Part shown: one piece after another, positions 18,460 to 25,187 of the stretch
Layout: each line of letters begins with the position of its first letter
How positions within the stretch are numbered: position 1 is the stretch's first letter
IMG/VR virus record: IMGVR_UViG_3300033067_001991
Span: 1 to 44,824 of that record
DNA length: 44,824 nt
From: a virus
Lineage: Duplodnaviria; Caudoviricetes
Reading direction: 5' to 3' (one strand)
Translations under genes and position numbers: made by a program
The notes under the pieces: model-generated
What the model was told of the DNA's origin: nothing
Seen by the model: the letters and a program-made list of their open reading frames with translations, nothing else
Database searches by the model: none

Positions 18460-19025
18460 TTATTCCAAACCTTTCCAATAAGCGAGTATATAAAACTCAC
18501 TTGATCATCTGTAAATTTCCATCGGATGTTAATATTTTTATCGGCCCAATCTTTTGGGGAATTAGTCCCGAGCTCCTCACTCATGGCACACCAATCGGCA
18601 ACCATAGCGGCAACATAGGTGTCAGGCATTTGTGACCCATCTACAAGTTGGCCCTCTGCCGGTCGATCTCGGTCATCTTTATTTAGTCCCGCAATGGTAA
18701 CATTCTTATCCCAAAACTCAGGGTGGTGTTTATGCATTTTTATATGATGGAACGTCGCCTCGTGCATTTGGTTTTTAATATCTTCGGTCAACTCAAATGG
18801 AATTTTTTTACGCTTACAGTAATAATTCCAAGTGATGTAAAGATATGGAGTATATTCTGGTTCCTGCCACTTATATTGATCATGCTCATCGCGCTCTAAA
18901 TCCAAAAGACCTTGATTAATCCTAGGGTCTTGGAGTGCCGCAATTTTGTCAGAATACTTTCTAACCAAAAATAAATGGGCTCTGGTTCGTAGCGTGAAGT
19001 ATTCCTTCATTTCATCAGTTATCAC
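18456..19025 (-). CDS. HD-superfamily-like protein (DUF5662-like)
   Basis: H...HDQYKW.EPE...HH..HKHHPEFW...MVADWCAMS motif series. Confidence 0.7.
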   Translation of the reverse strand: MITDEMKEYFTLRTRAHLFLVRKYSDKIAALQDPRINQGLLDLERDEHDQYKWQEPEYTPYLYITWNYYCKRKKIPFELTEDIKNQMHEATFHHIKMHKHHPEFWDKNVTIAGLNKDDRDRPAEGQLVDGSQMPDTYVAAMVADWCAMSEELGTNSPKDWADKNINIRWKFTDDQVSFIYSLIGKVWNK

Positions 19026-19644
19026 TTCGAACCTCCAGCCAGCTTCCGCGCTGTAATTTGGAAAAAATCATCGATACCGCATGCTCGACGTTATTATTTT
19101 GGTCGTGCATTTCCCCAGTGTATAAATATAAATCAAATTTTTTATTTTTAGCGTATTCGTCAAGACCCGTCTCGGATGGGTGATTCACATTATCCCGCCA
19201 AGCGGAACATCGGATTTTTCGCTCATGCTCTGGACAATCAAGCCTGACTCTTAAGGCTTCCGGGAAGGCATCGAACTCGTTCTCAAATCGACAGTCGTCT
19301 ACGATGATTAGTCGCTTTGATTGACCACCGTCGAATTTGAGAACTTTATTCTTTAGAATATTCACCCATACGTTATCACCGAAGGTTTTCCTGCCCCATT
19401 CCGTCCCCAACATCTGGAGAAGTGGGCCGTCTTTTTTAACCCGAGGTTGTCCCGTAAGTCCTTCCATTTTGTTCAGAAGGTATTCGTGGAGTTCATATAA
19501 TGTGTCTGCAAACTTCATGCTCCCCACGTAATCGTACCCAAGCTGCTTTGCGCGAACCTTCAACGCATCTGCGATTGTTGTTTTTCCAGATCCCATTTTA
19601 CCACTTAACATCACCATTTGAGTCATCCGTTTCTCCTCATCCAA
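19015..19644 (-). CDS. Deoxynucleoside monophosphate kinase
   Basis: P-loop SGKMGSGKT, FADTL, LLQMLGTEWGR, DDCRFENE and HPSETGLD motifs. Confidence 0.9.
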   Translation of the reverse strand: MDEEKRMTQMVMLSGKMGSGKTTIADALKVRAKQLGYDYVGSMKFADTLYELHEYLLNKMEGLTGQPRVKKDGPLLQMLGTEWGRKTFGDNVWVNILKNKVLKFDGGQSKRLIIVDDCRFENEFDAFPEALRVRLDCPEHERKIRCSAWRDNVNHPSETGLDEYAKNKKFDLYLYTGEMHDQNNNVEHAVSMIFSKLQRGSWLEVRSDN

Positions 19645-20039
19645 TTGTTTCGTGCTTCAATGGCTTTTACTTTTGAATCAAAAAGTCCTAAATGAATTTC
19701 TTTACCATTCCGGGTAATTCGTGCACGCCATTTTCCATTAATGTGGAATTTGGAAACGCCGAGATCTTTTCTCATGCGATTTTTATTTCTTAAAAGATTT
19801 TCTATGTTGGTTGTTAGCTTTAAATTCACTTTTCTATTATCAAGTCGGTCAAAGTTTAAATGGTCAATTACTTGTCCTGGAGTGGGGAGGCACACGAACT
19901 CGTGCATATACACAAACTTCCCCTTAAAGGTGGTTCGCGCATATCCTTCCGAATGAAGGACCCACTTAAAGCGACTGAGGAAATGAAATAATTCATTGTC
20001 CGCTTTCGCGTATTTCCCAGACACAGAAATCAACTTCAC
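19623..20039 (-). CDS. HNH endonuclease with AP2 domain
   Basis: YMH...IDHLNFDRLDNRKVNL followed by GV...KWRARI...IHLGLF...AIEAR. Confidence 0.85.
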   Translation of the reverse strand: MKLISVSGKYAKADNELFHFLSRFKWVLHSEGYARTTFKGKFVYMHEFVCLPTPGQVIDHLNFDRLDNRKVNLKLTTNIENLLRNKNRMRKDLGVSKFHINGKWRARITRNGKEIHLGLFDSKVKAIEARNNWMRRNG

Positions 20040-20041
20040 AA

Positions 20042-20227
20042 CTAACTCAATTTCAACGCTGTTAGGCCTGTATGGACTCCAAAAAATTGGAGCACAAAAA
20101 TTACAATCGCAAAAGCAATCACACCTAAGATGATATTTCTAATCACAACCGGCATTGGAATCTGTAATAAAATCCAACTTAAAAATCCACAAAACGCTAG
20201 TGCTATTAATAATCCCCAGAATGTCAT
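20042..20227 (-). CDS. Small two-TM membrane protein (Thivi_2564-like)
   Basis: Two hydrophobic helices separated by IPMP. Confidence 0.6.
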   Translation of the reverse strand: MTFWGLLIALAFCGFLSWILLQIPMPVVIRNIILGVIAFAIVIFVLQFFGVHTGLTALKLS

Positions 20228-20487
20228 TTGTATTTCTCCTTTAAAAATGGAAGTAGCTTTGTTTCTAATTCTTTCTCGCCGAACACTTCGACGAGATCGT
20301 CATACTGAATTAATCCTATATTTGTCATCACTTGCACGACTTCGTTCTTTGTGGGCTGTTTTGTTTTTGGCTTGACCATTCCCAGAAGAACCCCAAATAC
20401 CGGAGCTTTGAGTTCAAATTTAGTTGAACCTTTTTCTGATCCTAGCGACACAGACTTAGTAAAAAATATATCCCCTGACTCAATCAT
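20224..20487 (-). CDS. Hypothetical protein
   Basis: Coupled by TAATG/ATGA overlaps. Confidence 0.55.
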   Translation of the reverse strand: MIESGDIFFTKSVSLGSEKGSTKFELKAPVFGVLLGMVKPKTKQPTKNEVVQVMTNIGLIQYDDLVEVFGEKELETKLLPFLKEKYK

Positions 20488-20723
20488 TACCCCGCCTTTC
20501 TCATGCGCTTCGCTACGTTGCGAGCATTCTTTTGAGCCGGTGTGAGATCACGTTTCTTCGGCCCTTCAAAGCGAAACCCTAAAGGAGATCCGTCATCTCT
20601 TTTAACATGATTGATGGCGTTTTTATTTTTATCCGCTTCCCGGATTTTCTTGGCTTCAACCATTTCAAATGTTCGATAATATTTTGAAGCCTTGGTTTGT
20701 TTAAAAGCTGATTGCGAACTCAT
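20487..20723 (-). CDS. Basic hypothetical protein
   Basis: K/R-rich, 78 aa, within the operon. Confidence 0.55.
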   Translation of the reverse strand: MSSQSAFKQTKASKYYRTFEMVEAKKIREADKNKNAINHVKRDDGSPLGFRFEGPKKRDLTPAQKNARNVAKRMRKAG

Positions 20724-20724
20724 A

Positions 20725-20979
20725 TTAATCCCACGAAGTCCATGTGTATGGCTTCGCTCCTTTTGTTTCAGGTGGAACTTGTTTAAACTTCCACTCGCCG
20801 CGTTTTCTTGCTGGAATTTTTACTCCGTAAATATATTCGACTTTTTCATAGTCTCCAATATCACTCCAACCCTCTGCTTTGAAAGCACGATTGAAAGTTT
20901 TTAAATTAACATGTCCCGGACAAATCACAGATATTGGGTTGTCCTGAATACATAAAGTCATAGTTTTTAAAGTTTTCAT
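20725..20979 (-). CDS. Hypothetical protein
   Basis: AAGGAG RBS; abuts its neighbours. Confidence 0.55.
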   Translation of the reverse strand: MKTLKTMTLCIQDNPISVICPGHVNLKTFNRAFKAEGWSDIGDYEKVEYIYGVKIPARKRGEWKFKQVPPETKGAKPYTWTSWD

Positions 20980-21234
20980 CTAAACTCCTTTTCTATCTAA
21001 AAAAATTATTTTTTCTGGTTTGATTAAACGAATTTGTCCTGTGGGGAGCTCACACACTCCAATTGTTTCTTGGGTGTTAAATGATTTTGGAGAGTCCGGA
21101 TCTATTTTTCGTAAGACCGATCTCTGTCCCCAACAATGAAACACCCCTTGAGCCGTGATTTGTTTTTTCCCATCAGAGTCAAACTGTGAAAACGTCATCT
21201 CAACGGGACGTTGCGAGTTAAACTTTTTTTCCAT
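20980..21234 (-). CDS. Hypothetical protein
   Basis: GVFHCWG...TIGVCELPTGQIRLIKPEKIIFLD, a common small phage beta-protein pattern. Confidence 0.6.
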   Translation of the reverse strand: MEKKFNSQRPVEMTFSQFDSDGKKQITAQGVFHCWGQRSVLRKIDPDSPKSFNTQETIGVCELPTGQIRLIKPEKIIFLDRKGV

Positions 21235-21455
21235 TATTTTTTACTCCGCTTTGGCACTTTGATGGTTCGAGTCTCACGTTTATATTTACCAATCGATTTA
21301 TAGATGGCTTCAAAAATCTCCACACCATTTTCATGGTCAGTATTACTTGTGTCCTCGGCTGCATCATCGATTGAGTCATAATCTTGAAAATAGCCACCGT
21401 CACCATTTTCATCTTCTTTAACCCAAACGCAATATTGTTTCTTAGGCGCATCCAC
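21234..21455 (-). CDS. Hypothetical protein (acidic core, basic tail)
   Basis: Abuts the HU stop and the next start; GTG start. Confidence 0.55.
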   Translation of the reverse strand: MDAPKKQYCVWVKEDENGDGGYFQDYDSIDDAAEDTSNTDHENGVEIFEAIYKSIGKYKRETRTIKVPKRSKK

Positions 21456-21727
21456 TATTTCACCAACGCCTTAAATTCTTGGCCGGCACGAAACTTTGGA
21501 AGCCATCGTGATGGGATGTGAACCGGTGCTTTTGTCTGTGGGTTATGGCCCATTTTAGATCTGTGCTTTTGTTTAGTGAAGGTTCCAAAGCCAATGATCT
21601 TAGCGTCGTCTCCTTTTTTCACCGATGTTTTCACAACATCCACAAAAGAATTTATAATCTGTTCAACTCTTTGCTTTGGTTGATTAGTTCTATCTGCGAT
21701 CTTTTCGATTAATTGCGTCTTATTCAT
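21455..21727 (-). CDS. hup: HU/IHF-family DNA-binding protein
   Basis: MNKTQLIEKIA...IIGFGTF...NPQT...IP...PKFRAGQEFK signature; 90 aa. Confidence 0.92.
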   Translation of the reverse strand: MNKTQLIEKIADRTNQPKQRVEQIINSFVDVVKTSVKKGDDAKIIGFGTFTKQKHRSKMGHNPQTKAPVHIPSRWLPKFRAGQEFKALVK

Positions 21728-22146
21728 TTTGTCACCTCAGAAGTATTACTATATGATTGGGAAGTTATATTGGAGTATCCGTTGCCAGTCGGTTGTAGCA
21801 TAGGAATGTTCCCATACTGAGTGTACTGTGGGTTTTTAACTACCAAGCTGACAAAATTACTAATTTGGTTATTCACACTCTTTTGAACTTCAAGCTCATG
21901 TTTTAATTTGGTGATCTCATAATCACGCTCTTTTTTCTCAACTTCTTCTTTTTTAATTTGAAGCTCTCTGAGGGTTTTTAACTCTGCACCCATTTTAGAA
22001 ATATCGTTGGATTGCTCCGCGATTTTACTTCCAAGCTCTTGAACTTGCTTTTTAGCAAAAGCTCCAGCCGCTAATTCTTCTTGTAAAACTTTTCCAACTT
22101 GAGTTGGTAAATTCTTCTCTATTGCACTTTTGATCTCGTCTAACAT
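21724..22146 (-). CDS. Coiled-coil hypothetical protein
   Basis: AGGAGAG RBS before ATG 22146, a shorter start than the track ORF. Confidence 0.6.
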   Translation of the reverse strand: MLDEIKSAIEKNLPTQVGKVLQEELAAGAFAKKQVQELGSKIAEQSNDISKMGAELKTLRELQIKKEEVEKKERDYEITKLKHELEVQKSVNNQISNFVSLVVKNPQYTQYGNIPMLQPTGNGYSNITSQSYSNTSEVTK

Positions 22147-22201
22147 TTTCTCTCCTATCGTTAAAATTTCCGGCCACTTCGGGCTGGCCGGACCACCACG
22201 T

Positions 22202-22360
22202 TTAATCTTCTTTAATAAATTTATTCCACGCTTGAATAACTGCAAGCGCATCTTCTTCGCTATCAAATTCCAGCCAAGTAGTACTACAATCACCGCGCCA
22301 GCCAACATTTATACCGTCGTAATCGATCATTATGAAAAATTCAAATAATGCTGGTTTCAT
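22202..22360 (-). CDS. 52-aa hypothetical protein (MKPALFEFFIMIDYDG...; not in the track)
   Basis: ATGA overlap with the helicase stop; fills the gap; TAA at 22202-22204. Confidence 0.5.
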   Translation of the reverse strand: MKPALFEFFIMIDYDGINVGWRGDCSTTWLEFDSEEDALAVIQAWNKFIKED

Positions 22361-23775
22361 TTTTTAAAAATCATACCTTTCAATACTTCATCTGAAATAT
22401 TTTGTTTCGCGCTTAATGCCTCTAAGACTTTTTCGTCGATAGTGGATCTGGCAACGAGGTCAACTCGGGTAATCGAATCGTGGCGTTCAGAGCCACCTCG
22501 ATAATTCCTTGCTTCTGACTGAATATCGTGTTCAAGGCTAAAGCTCCTTGAGTAGTAGATTGCGTAGCTTGCTGATGTAAGATTGACTCCAATCCCTCCA
22601 GCTCCTTGGTTGCCAATAAGGACTCGTACCCCTTCGTCAGACTGAAAATCGTCGATAACGCTTTTACGATCTTTAGTTTCTCCGTGGAGCTCAACATATC
22701 TAAATCCAGCCTTCTCGCAGACTTCTCTAATGCTCGCATAATCCTCCTTAAAACATGCCCACACAATTACTTTATGGTGGGGTGCAATGTCTTCTAAAAT
22801 ATCCGCGAGCGCTTCCGCCTTTGGATTCTGTTTAAATTTCGTAACTTGCTTTGTGATCACTCCATCTTTTTCTTGCTCCACTGTCAAGAAACCAGATGTG
22901 ATCTGCATTAATCGTAAACCCATAGTTAAAGCGATCGATGCCGTGGAGACTTGATTGTTCACCGTTGTGATAAAAAGATTCTCCATTTCTCGATATGCTT
23001 TTAATTGCGTAGGACAAAGATCGACATAAATTTTTTTCTTAACTAATGGCGGAAGATCCAAACACTTTGATTTCTCAGCATGCGAAGCTTTGCGGTAAAT
23101 CTTTTCATTTACCTCCGCAGTCGCACCATCCCTGACTCGCCAATCGGGCCAAGTCACATGAGAGGGGGCGTTTGCATTTTTGTCGTAGAAATATTTATTC
23201 TTAAAAAATATAAAATTTGTCCCAAACGTTTCACCACCATCAAGGAATTTAAACTGTGAATAAAAATCCATTAAGTTTTTTAATATCGGGGTGCCTGTTA
23301 AGATGTAGCGATATTTTGCGTAATTGGCGAGGCCAATGGCGGCCTTCGTGGTTTTTGCTCCGGGACTTTTAAGACGGTGCGACTCATCAGCCACCATCAC
23401 CTCAACTCCCCATTTAAAAAGAGCATCGATCACATTTGGCATGAGCATCGTCTGATAATTACAAACTAAGATATTATATTTTCCAGATGATACCTGTGAG
23501 GCTCGGTCATAAGATGATCCGGCAAGCACCGCGATCTGATCCTTTGGAACTTTGGAGAACTTCTCCCATTCGTTAAGCCAATTATCACAAACCACCGTCG
23601 GACAGAGAATTAAAGTTTTTAACACTCTTTTGTGCTCTGCATATTTATGCCGAAGGATCGTAATAATAGTCGCACTTTTACCAGTCCCCGGTTCAAACAG
23701 TAGTGCATAATTATGCAACGGAAGTGCTTTTTTAATCGCTTCTGTTTGATGTTGCCACAGTTTCATTTCGCCCAT
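22357..23775 (-). CDS. SNF2-family (SF2) helicase
   Basis: EPGTGKS, DESH, LTGTP, GGIGVNL and QSEARNYRGG motifs. Confidence 0.92.
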   Translation of the reverse strand: MGEMKLWQHQTEAIKKALPLHNYALLFEPGTGKSATIITILRHKYAEHKRVLKTLILCPTVVCDNWLNEWEKFSKVPKDQIAVLAGSSYDRASQVSSGKYNILVCNYQTMLMPNVIDALFKWGVEVMVADESHRLKSPGAKTTKAAIGLANYAKYRYILTGTPILKNLMDFYSQFKFLDGGETFGTNFIFFKNKYFYDKNANAPSHVTWPDWRVRDGATAEVNEKIYRKASHAEKSKCLDLPPLVKKKIYVDLCPTQLKAYREMENLFITTVNNQVSTASIALTMGLRLMQITSGFLTVEQEKDGVITKQVTKFKQNPKAEALADILEDIAPHHKVIVWACFKEDYASIREVCEKAGFRYVELHGETKDRKSVIDDFQSDEGVRVLIGNQGAGGIGVNLTSASYAIYYSRSFSLEHDIQSEARNYRGGSERHDSITRVDLVARSTIDEKVLEALSAKQNISDEVLKGMIFKK

Positions 23776-24242
23776 GAAAATTTTATCCCCTTGAGCGGAC
23801 TATGGCCTACATCTTTAGTGCGTCCCGTACATCTGTTATATATGGTTTTTATATCCACTTTATATTTCTCTGCGGCATCTTTTATTCGATTAAAAGTTTC
23901 TTTTTTACCATTCGGTAAAGTCACCCTAACCTTTTTAGAGGTTCTGCCGGGGTAACCGCATCGAGCGTTTCTTTCCTGTAGATTTGATGTGCGCTCCTCG
24001 AAATGTATATTGTCGAAGCTGTATACTTTGGCGTGATCTTTTCTGCCAACCTGTGGGTTTATTAATTTTTTTCTTACTGGGTGAAAATAGTACCAATACA
24101 TAAATTCTCTTGAGGAGTACTTCACGCCCATACGAACCTTTTGTGCGCAGAAAACGTAAAACCCCCGTCGAATCTCCCTATCCATCTTATAAAGATCCAT
24201 TCGTCCTACATAAATTTTTAGTTTATGGTCCCAGAGTTCCAT
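23763..24242 (-). CDS. HNH-like homing endonuclease with NUMOD1-type HTH
   Basis: GRKDHAKVYSFDNI...SN (beta-beta-alpha-like) and FNRIKDAAEKYKVDIKTIYNRC. Confidence 0.6.
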   Translation of the reverse strand: MELWDHKLKIYVGRMDLYKMDREIRRGFYVFCAQKVRMGVKYSSREFMYWYYFHPVRKKLINPQVGRKDHAKVYSFDNIHFEERTSNLQERNARCGYPGRTSKKVRVTLPNGKKETFNRIKDAAEKYKVDIKTIYNRCTGRTKDVGHSPLKGIKFSWAK

Positions 24243-24373
24243 TACTTATTTTTCTCCTCGTGATCTTTAGCTAACAATTCTAATGATGAAAGTTTAACTA
24301 ACTTCCACGCATCTTCTTCATTAATTTCCACCGGTTTTAATTCAACTGGCTTCTTATCCGTTTGTGGTTCCAT
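24242..24373 (-). CDS. 43-aa hypothetical protein (MEPQTDKKPVELKP...; not in the track)
   Basis: GAGG RBS; TAATG coupling to the next gene. Confidence 0.45.
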   Translation of the reverse strand: MEPQTDKKPVELKPVEINEEDAWKLVKLSSLELLAKDHEEKNK

Positions 24374-24558
24374 ACAGCAACCTCACTTCTTCCTTCGCTA
24401 ATATCACGCTTGTTTTCGTCACTTTGGAAAGGAGAGCAGTGGCAATTAACAGAAGGCACGTGATCAAAAATATCGTCCAGAGGAATCTTATGTACATCAT
24501 TCTCATGATTTAGCCTTATCCCCATTTTGGCAAACATGGTGTTCTTTTCCATACTCAT
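24337..24558 (-). CDS. Small His/Cys metal-binding phage protein
   Basis: HKIPLDDIFDH...CHCSP...WNH motif; exact start uncertain. Confidence 0.55.
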   Translation of the reverse strand: MSMEKNTMFAKMGIRLNHENDVHKIPLDDIFDHVPSVNCHCSPFQSDENKRDISEGRSEVAVWNHKRIRSQLN

Positions 24559-24757
24559 CCTTGAACCTTAAAAAGTCCGCCTCATGGCGACGAAAAAACT
24601 CCATCATCGCATAAGGTGGAAGTGCCTCCACTGCTTCAACTGCATTTGTAATATAAGGAGCAAGGGTTGCAAGCATCGCAGACCGAATTTCTAATTTTGA
24701 ATTTAACTCCGCAATCATTTCACGAAGCCTCGATATGGTCTGCTCGTGCTCTGTCAT
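24503..24757 (-). CDS. Hypothetical protein
   Basis: ATGA overlap with the XRE gene. Confidence 0.55.
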   Translation of the reverse strand: MTEHEQTISRLREMIAELNSKLEIRSAMLATLAPYITNAVEAVEALPPYAMMEFFRRHEADFLRFKDEYGKEHHVCQNGDKAKS

Positions 24758-25017
24758 ACTTTTTTCTTCTCAAATAATTTATCGAACTCATCTTTTTTGT
24801 CCGCCAAAAATTGTGTGCACATTTCGCTTCGTGAAATTTTTAACACACGACAAATTGCTGGCAGATGATTCGGCGGCCATTTATGAGTGCCCCTTGCCAC
24901 GTTAGAAACAAACTGTCCACCATTTTTTGAACCCAAACCTAAGACTATCCCAAGGTCCGTTTGAGTCATCTTTAATTGCTTGCGACGATCTTCTACAAGC
25001 TTACCTAATTTGCTCAT
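24754..25017 (-). CDS. XRE-family HTH transcriptional regulator (Cro/CI-like)
   Basis: RRKQLKMTQTDLGIVLG...QFVSNVARG...PP...ICRVLKI. Confidence 0.85.
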   Translation of the reverse strand: MSKLGKLVEDRRKQLKMTQTDLGIVLGLGSKNGGQFVSNVARGTHKWPPNHLPAICRVLKISRSEMCTQFLADKKDEFDKLFEKKKV

Positions 25018-25052
25018 TTAAACTCCAACCGTTTATACATGTTTACCCGTTA

Positions 25053-25081
25053 ACCTTATTTTTTAGTGAACTACGTGTCAA
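25053..25081 (-). promoter_or_regulatory. sigma70 promoter of the leftward early/middle operon
   Basis: On the - strand: TTGACA-N17-TAAGGT. A divergent TTGACT at 25105 (weak -10) may serve the primase gene. Confidence 0.6.
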
Positions 25082-25187
25082 TAAAAATAATCGACCTATT
25101 TTGTTTGACTCATTACCCCCCTTTCTTGAAATGATAGAGGTTCAACCTTTTTTAAGACCACTAAAGATAAGTTAGAGGGGACCTATA

